Of a stretch of 64,000 nt of DNA, positions 51,755 to 64,000 are shown in pieces. A program made the translations under genes and the position numbers. Below the pieces are notes generated by a model. The model was not told the DNA's origin. It was given only the letters and a program-made list of their open reading frames with translations, and did not search any database. Positions within the stretch are counted from its first letter, which is position 1; each line of letters starts with the position of its first letter. Source of the DNA: the human T2T-CHM13v2.0 reference genome, Homo sapiens; NCBI RefSeq assembly GCF_009914755.1, contig NC_060933.1. One strand, written 5' to 3'.

Positions 51755-52175
51755 ATTAACAAGATACAAGTTTAGTGCTCACTAATGTCACAGCCAATTG
51801 CATGTGTCCCCGGTGGCCCACCTCTAAATAGCAGGACCCAAGTATCTGTCATCCTGTGTACTGTCATATTCAACACATGATTGCCAAGGACACAGTGGTT
51901 GTTTTTTTTTTTTTTTTAATTCAACCGGGACAGGAACATAGGGAATTGCCCAGGGAAGTTTTTATAGTCTAGGTCTAGAACAGGCCTGAATCATTTTTAT
52001 CCACAACCCACTGGCCAGAACTCAGTCACATGACTATACCTCACGGCAAGAGAGACTGGGAGATGTAGTCCATTCTGTGTGCCAGAGGGTGGAACAAATA
52101 AATTTTGTTAAACACAAAGCAGTTTCTACCCTAGGTGTTAAGACTGGTTGTTTGTTTGTTTTTGTCTTTGATTTT

Positions 52176-52657
52176 TTCACTGAAAGAAAACAGTACATGA
52201 TGAACTGTTCAGAAAGGAAGGTTGTTTTAACATTTCATAACCGGATATCTGTTTGGCCCTATATGTGCACATGGGGAAAGAAACTTCTACAGTCTTCTTC
52301 TATTTACCTACAAACACCTCTTGGTGTTAAAATCTTTGATTCATTGAAAGAAAGAAGTGCATGAGAAACTGCTCAGAAAATAAGTTGGTTTTTTTTTGTT
52401 TTTTTTTTTTACTTTTCAGTGCTAGATATCTATATGGCCCTACAGCTGCATATTGGTATAAAAAAACTTCTGCCACCTTCTTTTGAATTTCTGCCTAGAA
52501 ACTCCTCTTACTGTTAACATTTTCCATTCACTGAAAGAAAACAGTACATGATGGACTCTTCAGAAAGGAAGCTTGTTTTTGCTTTTCAGGGCAGAATATC
52601 TTTATTGTTCTATTGGCACCTATGGGTGTAAAAATCTTCTGCTAGTTTCTTCTAAAT
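52176..52657 (+). repeat. Diverged tandem array, ~2.8 monomers of ~165-170 bp, alpha-satellite-like
   Basis: Monomers start TTCA(C/T)TGAAAGAAA at 52176, 52340 and 52527; shared internal motifs; anchors collinear with the remembered alphoid consensus. Confidence 0.7.
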
Positions 52658-52762
52658 AGGACTGTCCTTTTTATAAAGAATAAGATTGAAGGCAATATAT
52701 ATTAAACGTGTTAAGCCTAATCACACCCTTTGTCCTAGAAACTGCACTTGTAGAAATCCTTC

Positions 52763-53192
52763 TGTGGTGGATATTCTCCATTTGGTCCTCCAGATCCATC
52801 CTCCACCCTTCTTTCTCCCTGAATTGGGGCTCCCTAGTCTTCTAACTTCTGGTTAAGTTGGGCCAATGGAAGGCTCCAGCAGAATCAGTAGACAGGATAA
52901 GAGAGAAGTGGGAGTATATAGTTCCCTGGCTCCTCCTAGTGAGGCCACGTGTTAGAAATGGCTGAATTCCCTTAGCACAGGCCATGATTCCTATTGGGAA
53001 GCGACCTCCTGCAGCTGTAGCAACTGCCATGGCTTCAGCTCCACTTGTCTCTCTCATTTCCTGTCACTGCTTCCTCACTTTGCCCCTTTGGTTTACTGGT
53101 CTGCCTCAGTGATGCTCACACTTTCCTAAATAGTCCTCAGTTACCCCATTTAAGTGTGCTTTCAGTTTCTTGTATGAACTCTAACTAATATA
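52763..53192 (+). mobile_element. LTR33A-like LTR nested in an old L1 fragment
   Basis: TGTGGTGGATATTCTCCATTTGGTCCTCCAGATCCATCCTCCACCC...CTAACTAATA. Confidence 0.7.
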
Positions 53193-54109
53193 CTATCCTA
53201 GAGAAATACTCAGAATTTAGAAAAACATACAAAGATGTTCAGTATTGCAATATTTAGAATAGAAAAAGCTCTGAAACTAAGTGCCTAGTATATTACCATG
53301 AATCCATGATAGAAAAAAATACACAAATATGTAAATGTTCACTGCCTTTTCTGTCTCCTACCACCAATAACCCCACCTCTATCCCAGGAAAATTCTGGTG
53401 AAGTCTCTCCCTTGACTTTCCTGTCCTCGAATATGCCCCCTCAGGATGTGTTACTGAGTTCAAAAAGGGGGAGAGGGGGAGGGGTTTGTATTTAAAGAAG
53501 TAAAATAAATAGGTTGATTTACATAGAAGGCAGGCAAGTGTGCCTGGAAAAAGAGAAAACATTATTCCATGAGAGGAATATGAGAACCAAAAAAAAAAAA
53601 AAAAAACAAAGGAAAAGAAGATATGAGGAGATGAATGGGTAAACAAGGGTTTTTCCTGCATGTTTCTTTTTGTAAACTCACCCCGTCAAGGAAACTTACA
53701 ATAAGCACTTTCATTACTTACAACACACTCACTGAAGCCTCTGAGATGGGATTCCTGTGTCTCTGACATTTATTGATTCCTCACTTTGTACTACTGTGTA
53801 AAGTAAGTTACCTGCATTATTTTATTCAATGCTCTTTAAGGCCTTTCCATATTCAAGATGAGGAAACTGAAACACAGGAAGTTTGGCTAGATTTTCATGC
53901 CCCACTACTCAGATGATACATTCATATGAAAATATATTACACAGAAATTGTGTTTTGAAAGTTTAAAAAATCTGAATATGATAGAGTGTTGTCTTTTTAA
54001 ATTATGTTTTATTTTCTGCTTGTAAAACCAAAATATCTAAAAATCTGAAAAACTAAGTAGAGGCAAGAAAAAAGAAAAAGAGAGAGAATAAGGAATGAAA
54101 GCAAATACA

Positions 54110-54680
54110 GTATTTATTTAATAAATATTTATTGAGCTTAGGCTATAGCAGTGAACCAAACAAAATCCCTGCATTTATAGAACCAGCATTCTCAGAGAGA
54201 GACAGACAATTGGACAAAAAGTAACAGGTAGTAACATGATACACTTATACCATTGGGATAGTAGGTGAAAGGGGCTATTTTAGACGGGATATTCCCAGAA
54301 GCATCTTTACAAATTGACATTTGAACAGAAACCTGAGGAGGCATCGTTGAAGAAATGAACGTGGTGAGGCAGTCGGCAATAAGACCATCTGGAAGAAGAG
54401 CAGTTCAGAAGAAAAAAATAAAGCAAGTACAGGACTCAGGCGAGAGTGTGGGATACACAAGAGGCTTCCCTTACTGGAGCTCAATGAGTGAGAGGAAGAG
54501 CATACTCTCTGGGGTCTTAGGGACAGCATGGATGTCACGTGGGCCTTGGAGGCCACAGGAGGAGCTTTGGATTATAGTCCAAACATAATGAGATCTCACT
54601 GGATGTTTTTGAACAGGGGAGTGACATGATGTGATTCATGTTTTAAATAACTTACTCCATCTACCCTGTGGAGAATAATG
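54110..54680 (-). mobile_element. L2 fragment
   Basis: AATAAATATTTATTGAGC...TGACATTTGAACAGAAACCTGA...TTTTGAACAGGGGAGTGACATGAT. Confidence 0.75.
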
Positions 54681-54812
54681 GTAAACTCTTGGTTAAACTT
54701 TGGGTGTTTTTGTTTTGTTTTTTGTTTTCTGCTTTAACCAAAAGCATATTTTAGTTTTGCATGCAAAAAAAAAAAAAAAAAAAAACGTAACTTTAAAAGA
54801 CCAAAGGTCAAC

Positions 54813-55318
54813 TGTATTAATTATTCATTACTGCATAACATATTACCCCAAAGCTCAGCACCTGAAATCCATAAGCATTTATTATCTCATGGTTTCTGTG
54901 GGTGAGAAATCCAGAAGTGGCTTAGTTGAGTGGCCCTGGCTCAGGATCTCACAAAAGGCTGCAATCAAGGTGGCAGGTACCTCATCGCCCCAATAGGGGA
55001 AGATCTGCTTCTGGGCTCTCTCATGTGGCTTTTGGCCAGCCTCAAATCTTCTCTGGCTTTTGGTTCTTCACAAAATGGGTAGCTTCCTTTCCCCAGAGTA
55101 AGAATATCCAAGAGACAGAAAGAATGAGAGAGTTCCTAAAACAGAAGCCACAGTCTTTTTATAACCTAATCTCAGAAGTGACATCCCATCACTTCTGCTG
55201 TATTCTACTCATTAGGAATCACTAGATCCAGTATACACTCAAGGGGATAAATTACCCAGGAACATGAATACAAGGTGGCAGGGAACATCAGGGGCCTTGT
55301 TGGAGGTTGCTAACACAA
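54813..55318 (-). mobile_element. MLT1F/G-like LTR
   Basis: TGTATTAATTATTCATTACTGCATAACATATTACCCCAAAGC...GTGACATCCCATCACTTCTGCTGTATTCTA. Confidence 0.8.
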
Positions 55319-57001
55319 CAATCATTTCCTCCAAGCTCTCTCATTTACAGAAGCAGAAACAATCCAAGTATAAACCTGGTCTCTACCACTTGCCTTCAGG
55401 CCTTCACAGGATGGTTGTGAGGATGCCTCTGAAAGGAGTTTGAAAATGGTCCAGCATGGGGGAGGATAGGGGCTTACTTTGCTTTTCTCATTGGCCCATT
55501 CTCTTAATATCCAGTCCAGATCTGGTCTATGTTCTTTTTCATCTTTTGTATCAATGACTTGTTTTCATACATGGGTTACAATTTTTTTTTTTTACTGGAA
55601 TAAAAACCTTCTAGTTTGAACAAAAATATACAACAGGGAGGAACAACACAGAGTGCCAACTCCTCCAGGTTCAGGAAGAACTTTCTAACTGCTTACCTCC
55701 TAGTAACAGCAGTTCTGACAGCCCAATCCCAAAAGACCCACACATCCAGCAGACGTGAAGCCAACAGGATGTGTATGTGAGGGGAGGGCCAATGATAAGC
55801 AGGATGTTCTATATATTTGTATTGACAGTTGTCTTATCTCATTCCATAGTTCTCCAAATTTGATTATAAATCCCTTGAAGGCAGAGACCTCATTAGTATC
55901 TAAACTCTGTCCTCAAGCTCCAACATTAAAGAATTCCCTGGGAAAAATCTTCATCTCTTGAAAGCAACTCAGTTTTTTAAAACAGCAGCAACAAAAACAA
56001 CCTTAAATTCAAACTTGCTTAAAGTGTATCATGGCACTCCACAAAGAACATTCCTCAGAACACAGCTTCCACTTTAAGACACAAAGATCTGACTCTGGGC
56101 AATTCTCTAAATCTTCATGACTTTTTCACCCCCAGTTGACTTCTCCTTCATCCTCAGCCTTCTCTTCAAGTACTGATACTTACCTCCTATACCCACCTTT
56201 TATCTGATTTCCCTGAGACAGAAATTCAATTCATACTCTTCATACTACTTAAGTATTTGCACAGACACAATTTCTCCCTCCATCTAATTACAGTCTGGAA
56301 GGCTTTTTCCACCCGCTAGAGGAATTCTTCGGCAGCGGCAGGTGGCCACAGGGAGTGGGGAAGAAAGGAAGCTCCTGAAATCACAGTAGTTCAACTTGTT
56401 TGAGCCAAAAATTAAGCAAGAGTCGGTCTCTTTAGGGTGAATGAATTAGGAGGGAGGTGTCAGAATGGACTGCCTATTATCTGAATTGCTTATGAATACA
56501 TTAGCATTAATTAATACATACATGAATATGTTTTACATTAATTTGTGTTGTTGAAATATATGTGGGCCGACCATCTGCCTAAGGGCATGCAGGAAGCGTT
56601 CCCAGAATTCTCTCAGTAGCCATGAACTAAACAGTTCACCCTTATGTTCTCTGTCCATGTTTGGACAAGGGATGTTTCAGCTACTCAAACAATTAGGTAA
56701 AGACTTGTTTACAGGGAAAAAGGCTAAGACAGGAAAATGATGGTGTCAGCAGCTGTTCTATTTAAATAAAACATGAATGATGTATGCTAAATGTTTGGTG
56801 CCTACTCTATGCCAAGCATTTTACAACTATGACCTTATTTGAAGAAGCTGAAAAGAGAAGCAGCTACAGTTTACTGATTGATTTATACAGTCTCAGGTAC
56901 TTGACACGCATGATTTCATTCAGTTTTCCACAAAAACCCCAAAGTAGGTAAATTAGACCAATTCTACAGAGGGGAAAGGCGAGGTCCAGAGAACATAGTA
57001 A

Positions 57002-57390
<389 letters not shown>

Positions 57391-58104
57391 AGCATATCAG
57401 CTTTTACAAAAAGAGACTCTGAGGTCAAAAAGGCCAAGTCCTCAGAAGTCCTTTTCAAAAGTGAGAGAGGAAAGCAAAAGTAGGCAGAGACTTGGGAGAA
57501 GAAAGGAAAGAAGACAAAGAGAAGAGGCTCTTGGAAAGGATAAAAACATAGAAAATGAAGAATAAAAAGAGAAAGAAAATGAGCTTCAGGAAAGGAAGAG
57601 AGAAAAAAAAATGACTACAGTATAAGGGAGAAATTAACTGCTTTTTAAGAGAGAAACAATCACAATTAACAATGTTCCTTAAGAGTTCTATTGCTGAACA
57701 GAAAATTCATTTGCTTTTATCTTTTAGCCCTCCAAATAAGTAACGACTATAAAAGAGAAAAGGAAAAACTACTATTTGTTAAGCGTCTTATTTGTTAAGT
57801 GTCTTCTATGAGGGCTTTGGCTAGCCCACGGGTTTGGGGAAAATTAGAAAAAAGAAATCCTCTCTTGTTTGAGGCAGCTCCACAAGCATTGTGCTTATTC
57901 CCTCCTCTGGAGAACAGCCGGAAGAAATGTGCAAGATGGCTGGTCTGCTGTGTGCTAGGACCTTGATGTATTATCGCATTACTATAATACAACAACAATT
58001 ATCCCCATATTGCAGACTAGCAATCTTAGGAACCTGAGGTACAAAAGAATTAAATCTCACACCATACCACACACACATGCACACACACACACCCCAACAT
58101 CTTA

Positions 58105-59120
58105 AAAGTCTAAAATAGTATTAATTGCAAGTAATTTAAACCCAATAAACAATAAAGGTAATTTATTAGCTGACCTAATTAAAAATCCCAGAAATAGGGT
58201 GAGCTTCAGGTTAGGATTGATCAGGAAATGAACTGATTTTCCTACAGTCTCAATCATAAGTCCTCCCTGTGCACCACCTTCATCCTCACACCCTCACACC
58301 TCAGCAGTTGCAAAAGGCACAGCTACACACTACACAGTTCAAGGCATCTTTTCTAGTAGTTCTCACTGAGTAAGAAGAAAGCCCGTTTTCTACGAGTTCC
58401 TAGCAAATGTCTCCTCTATTCTCATTGTCCCCAATTGGATTGCATGTTTATCCTTAAACTAGTAATTATGCCCAGAGGGTAGGATTATGCTGGTAACCTA
58501 AGCCTGATCACCTTCCCAATCTATAGAACTGAGTAAAGCATTAGTTTTCCCAAAAGGTACAATTGCTAAGGAATCGTGGATACCAAAATGAAAATGAAAG
58601 TAATTACCAAAAGAAGGAATGAATATTTGGGTGGGCACCAATACGTCCATCACAGCAAGTGTGATAGATTTTATGCTATCACTTAATTATTTTTCATTCC
58701 TTCCCTACCTTCGTGAGGGGGTTATATTTCCTGGCCCCCCATTGAACCTGAGCTTAAGCATGTGACTTACTCTTCCCTGCTCTTGGCTTCCAGCTTGTTC
58801 ATATGACTTGCATTGGCCAATGGAATATTAGCAGATGTGATATAAGCACTGTTAGATTTACCTTCGTGCACTTCTGCCGTCTCCATAAGAACTCAAGCCA
58901 GGTAGCCCACTTGCCCAAGAGAATGAGAGCCCACATAGCTCTCATAGAGCAGACGTGGACCTAATCTGCAGCTCGGAGGCAAACCCGGATAGACCAAACC
59001 TGGGTCAGCCAACCCCCACCTGACCTGCAGACTTATGGGTGAGATTGAATAATTGTGTGAAGCTGCTGAATCTCAGAGTGTTTTGCCATGCAGCATTATT
59101 CTGGCAAGAGTTGACTGAGA
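58105..59120. mobile_element. Two adjacent old MLT1 LTRs (~58105-58655 minus; ~58660-59120 plus)
   Basis: TTGCAAGTAATTTAAACCCAA...GGGTGAGCTTCAGG; CATATGACTTGCATTGGCCAATGGAAT...CAGCATTATTCTGGCAAGAGTTGACTGA. Confidence 0.65.
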
Positions 59121-60819
59121 GAGCAGCTAAGTCAATTCTAGGTGTGTATTATTTTTTTACAATGCAGTGCAGAGCATTGCTCTGTACGTGTTTTCTCTTC
59201 TCCTTGGCTGCAATCTAGCCTGGGTCTCAGCTGAAAATAAAGCCTGTGGCTTTATTCTCCATTCTCAGTCTCACAGAAACATCTGATCCTGTCGGCAGCA
59301 GCTTTCGAAGGTCCTTCAAGATGGCTTGCTGTCACACCACGTGAGGTGGTCACCCCATGCAGCAAAACCACACAGCCATCGCTTCCAAACCCTGCCAAGC
59401 GAAAGCTTGCAACATTGAAATGGCTGCACCTCAAACTGTCATGTGATTTCTGTATCATAGGAATTTTAGAAACAGATGGTGAGCACAGACGACAGTGACG
59501 GTTGCACTACGCGTATGGGGCAAAGGGGAATGAGCGAGCAAGGGGGCGAGAATCAAGCAAATTCTGGAGGAGCACTGGAAGAAAAGAGGACTGCTGAGAG
59601 CTTGCCTTCTGCCAGAAAATACAACCACAGGTTGCAAGAAGTTGGGGGAAACAAAATGCCTGACAGGCAGTTGGGGGAGCAGGGTGGGGAAGAAGCAAAA
59701 AGAGGTATTTTGCTTCTAAAACAAGGAGGACTATATGATTAAACATTTTTTTTAAGTTACACCAGAAAAATAGGCAGCCAAATTGATCGATTCACCTAAG
59801 CTTGACCTTTTGGCAAATGATTTTGTTGCTTGAGGAAATATGCAGTGTCAGAAGAGTAGAAGATTGAGAGCATGCCTGGGAACCGGTTTTAGAAAAATGA
59901 CCCGATACCCCACATCCACGGCCACCAGTGCCCTGCTCCCCAGACACCGCCTTCCATTTCGAGGGGGGTGGCGATTTCTGTGGACGTCTCAGATGGCTGC
60001 TCTCCTAATTCTATCATGAAATGTATTTCCCCTGGAGCTGGCATTTATCGCTGAATTCTGGCACCGCTCCTGAAATGTTGCATCTGCACCGCTAAACTGA
60101 GGTTACTTGTAGTTCATTAATATGCAAAAGGGGCCATGAAATCATTCCTGTTCCTGACAGGAGTTCGTACATGCCTTTCTGGAATGCTTCATTTCTGAAG
60201 TGGTCTGGCACTGAGACTTCCCTTGTCTTCTTTTAATCAGCTCCATCTTGTCACTGCATAAAGAGTTAAAAAAAAAAAAAAGAAAAAAATTGCTTTCTGA
60301 ATTCTCCAGGAAGATGTGGTGCCTCTTTCTTTCTCTTTTCTTTCGTTTCTCCTTTTTTTTTTGTCATCCCCCACCCCCTTCCATGAACACATCAAAGTAA
60401 GAAGTGACATGCAGTGCCCTGGAGCTCTTAGCAACATGCTTTTAGGTTTGGAAAATTTCATTTGCTACCTTATGATGATTACATGAGGAAAGATGAAATG
60501 CTCGCTTTGAGCTTTATTTGAGAAAGAGATGTAATAAATGTTGTGGCTTCCCACTGAATGGGACAAATCCATTTTAGTCATGTGAGGATATTAAAAATTA
60601 CATATGTGTGTGCACAGACATAGCCCGTGTGACTTAGTTGGCATTTGTGGTCCCAGATACTGAAAAAGGAGACCTTGGGTGGCTTCTTTCAGAAAATGCT
60701 GAATAAAGTTTTTCGTTTTATCTGGCTCTGAAAGCATTTGATTCCAAATGAAAATGAGTTCCCGCCCTGTCTGAGCTACAGCAGTCCCCTTTAAACCAGT
60801 CCCCCACCCCCACCAACAT

Positions 60820-60886
60820 ACAGACACACACACACACACACACACACACACTCATTCATGCACATAAACACACACACATACACACA
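60820..60886. repeat. (CA)n microsatellite, imperfect
   Basis: Visible CA runs. Confidence 0.92.
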
Positions 60887-62289
60887 AAGAAATGTAGAAT
60901 TCACACCAACTGACACAGCTTTCAGAGTCCCCATAGCTGAAACCCACAAGTGTGCCTGCCTGTTGAGGAATTAATTCAATGTCCCCTTTCCAGCAAGTTT
61001 ATTTTTCCAAACACTGGAGAAAGGCAGAAGACATTTGTGTTTTGTTCCATCTATCCTGATTTTTTTGTGTTCGTGTGTTTGTGTTTTTGCCTGAGGAACT
61101 TCTCTATTAGCTGAGAGCTGAATGGAAAATGATATGCTCACCTTGCTCAGGAAACACAGCCAGCAAAGTAGAGAAATCGCCTCATGGTTTCGGCCCTAAG
61201 CTCCAAGTAGGAAAGGATGCTGGAAAAGAAAGAGTATTCACTGAGTAAACCATTTTCCTGCACACAGAAACATGCAATCTCGGGCTCTATTCAAAGCTCT
61301 CCCATCACATATGCCACTCTTTGTTCAGCCCACAGCTGGACCACACAGGTTGTGAGATCCAGCATTTGCCTAAGCTTTGTTTGTCAGCTCTGGCAGCCCA
61401 TCCGCTATAAAAAGTCAGTCATCAACCACCCTCAGGGTCAGTTCCTCAGCTACTTGTGATCACGCTGATCATTCACATTTGGAGTATAACTATGAAATTT
61501 TTGCTTTGGCTGCAGGAATAGGAGAGATCCTGATCCTTTTTCATGAATAACCTAAACTCCAGCTATTCAATGATGAGTAATCTCTGTTTACTCTCCCTCC
61601 TAAGGCAAAAAGAAATCGCTTTGGTTGAATGCTTACTATGTGCTCTCAGATAGATTTCCTGCCCTTCTCCCGCTCAGCTCTATATCTAAAGGGAGATGAC
61701 AACTTGTAAATATATTTAAATATTTAAAGTTTAAAAGTTTTCTCATTTAAGCCTCACATTCCCTCTGGGGCAGGTACTATTACATTTCCTACTTTATAGG
61801 AGAGGAAATCAAAGCTCCTTGAGTCTATACAATTTCCCTACGGGCACACATGGATGGAGGAGCTGAGATTCAAATCCCCAGGATTTCGCTTTACAGCCCA
61901 TGCTGTCAACTGCCATGCTAGACCGCCTCCTGTTGGTGGGAGGGTCTTGGGGTCCCAAGGTCCTGTGTTCCCCTCCTAATCACAAAGTATTGCAATTTCT
62001 GCTTATAAGTTCATTTCCTCCATAGATTGTGAGCCCCTGGAGGAATTTTAAGCATTAGCTCTCCAGCGTCTGACACCTTAAAAGTGTTAGATTAAATGTT
62101 TGTTGAATGAATTAAAAAACTAACTAATGAGGCACAGAATGTCAGCACATTTAAGGGAAGGCAAGTAAAGAATAAAATTCAGAGGAGAAAAAATTAAGTC
62201 TCTGGTTGAAAAAAAAAAAGAGATAGAATGATGCAGGGAGGTGGATTCAAATAAGGAAAGGGGAGGAGATCTGGTGCCAGTAGGACTCT

Positions 62290-62410
62290 TTCCGGATACA
62301 TTACGCCGCCATTTTTGGGAAGGTCCCTGAGAAGGGATGGGCAGGGAGAGTGTGCACACCAAGGAGAGACGTTGTTGCGATTCCTGATTGAATCGGAAGG
62401 GCCGCGTTTA
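62290..62410. promoter_or_regulatory. Small CpG cluster with YY1 and ETS motifs (candidate promoter/enhancer core)
   Basis: GCCGCCATTTT (YY1 consensus) at ~62306, TTCCGGA ~62290, CGGAAG ~62394; about 8 CpGs in ~120 bp. Confidence 0.4.
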
Positions 62411-63609
62411 CTACTCACTAGCTGTCTAATTTGGGGCAAGTTCTTGACCCTCTTTGGGCTTCAGGCTCTTAGTTTGCGTGGTGACAAAACTGGATTAGAG
62501 GTCCTTGCAGCAGGGTAGAGAAGCAGAGAAATATAATTATGTCATAAACTGGCTGCATGCATCTTAGAAATACAGCATATGAATAACTTATTATTGTCAA
62601 TACTAAAAATAACACATCAAATAAGTGCTTTTTATGAACCAAGCATGGCGGGTGGCTGGGTCTGTGTGTGTGTGTGTGTGCGTGTGCATCCCTGCCCAAG
62701 AAGATATGATATAGTCCTCACTTTAATGAAGGCAGAGATTGAGAGTCAAAGAAATTATAAAATATGCTCAAGCTCATGTAGCTAGTAAGTGGCCAAGCTG
62801 GGATTTTAATTTAGGTCAGTCTGTCTCTGAAGTCCACATTTAGGCACATTAAGAGCCCAGTGCCACTCCATTCCTCAGGAAATGTCCCTCAGAGGAACCT
62901 GCTGTCATTTTGACTCAAAAAACCCTGGTGACTGCCCAACTCCCATGTTCAATCCTGCTCTGTCCAGTGTGACAGTCCCTGGAGAGAGGCTCCTCAGAGG
63001 TCCCTTCAGAAGGTTAGAAAACATTTAGCAGTACTACTATAGTGCTGCCTCTACAGCCGCCGCTGTGCCTGCTGCGGTCAGACCAGCAGCAGACTGCCTC
63101 AGGATGAGTAAACTGTTCCCCAGAAACCAATCTTTCCTGCTCCTCTCCCTTGTACACATTGAAGCAAAATCCCCTTGTTAATTCAAGAGGAAGCAAAATG
63201 TGACTTCACTGTCTCTAAGGCTGTCATTTGCCCATTCATTCAGTACTTATTTGCAAAAATTCTTTCCGGATGATATCAAATCTTTTTCCTACAGTGTCTC
63301 TAGCTACTCCCTCCCATATTTAAAATTTGCTTCCAAATATTGTATCAAAGATATCAATAGAAAATTAGTATAGAACGTAGGAGCTTTTAAATAAGTCATC
63401 CTCTGGCTGTGATCATTATATTCTAAATATCTTTAAATAAACTCTTTAAAGACTACCAGTATATCCATAGTCTTTTAAATATAATTAAATCTTATATATC
63501 TATGAATATATAAATGTCATATGTGTGCATGTATATACCTGTGTGCGAGGTAAATGTCAATATCTATATGTAGGTATCTTAATCACACACAAAGGAAAAG
63601 CTTATCTTG

Positions 63610-63901
63610 TTTGTTGTCATTGTTGTTGTTGTTTTGAGACAGAGTCGCACTCTGTCACCCAGGCTGGAGTAGGTGACATCATAGATCCCTGCAGCCTCCA
63701 ACTCCTCAGCTCAGGTGATCCTCCCACCTCAGCCTCTCAAGTAGGTGGGACTACAGGCACATGCCACCACACCTAGCTATTTTTTAAACATTTTTTGTAT
63801 AGATGTTGCCCAGCCTGGTCTTGAACTCTTGGGCTCAAGCACTCCTCTAGCCACAGCCTCCCAAAGTGCTGGAATTACAGGCATGAGCCACTGTGCCAGC
63901 C
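63610..63901 (-). mobile_element. AluJ
   Basis: GGGCTCAAGCACTCCTC and CAGCCTC J-type residues, strongly diverged; TSD TATCTTGTTT. Confidence 0.9.
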
Positions 63902-64000
63902 TATCTTGTTTTTTGAGGAGTGGAACCTGGGTCAATAATTTGCTCATTTGTTCTCAGATAATTCCACTGCCACCCTAGTCCTGCTCAGCCATGTTTTTTG

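Larger units (their letters stand above)
48960..52133 (-). mobile_element. Old MLT1 (J/K-like) provirus remnant: LTR ~48960-49390, internal ~49390-50965, second LTR ~50965-52133, with nested insertions
   Basis: Two LTR-like copies sharing CTCAGTCAC(T/A)TG(G/A)C...AACTGG..ATGTAG; MaLR internal motifs in between; boundaries approximate. Confidence 0.6.

Overview
Primate (very probably human: AluY, L1PA and THE1 are present) non-coding DNA, intergenic or deep intronic. I recognise no host protein-coding exon. The long ORFs in the track are broken L1 ORF1/ORF2 or THE1-int frames, and the rest are chance ORFs. Roughly two-thirds of the window is transposon-derived. Main landmarks: (1) a near-full-length old L1MA (1-11.7 kb) hosting several nested insertions, most notably an L1PA6-like element carrying a ~730-bp 3' transduction that ends at the poly(A) site of a captured LTR and is bounded by an 18-bp TSD; (2) a 108-bp spacerless AT-rich palindrome with further fold-back repeats at 27.7 kb; (3) an L1PA16-like element and a full-length THE1 provirus at 42-48 kb; (4) a tailless U5 snRNA retrocopy with TSD at 48.66 kb; (5) a diverged ~165-170-bp tandem array at 52.2-52.7 kb whose monomer appears collinear with alpha satellite, followed by a possibly piggyBac-like end; (6) repeat-free, CpG-retaining candidate regulatory DNA at 59-62.4 kb. 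Repeat subfamily names come from remembered consensus sequences and need Dfam/RepeatMasker confirmation.
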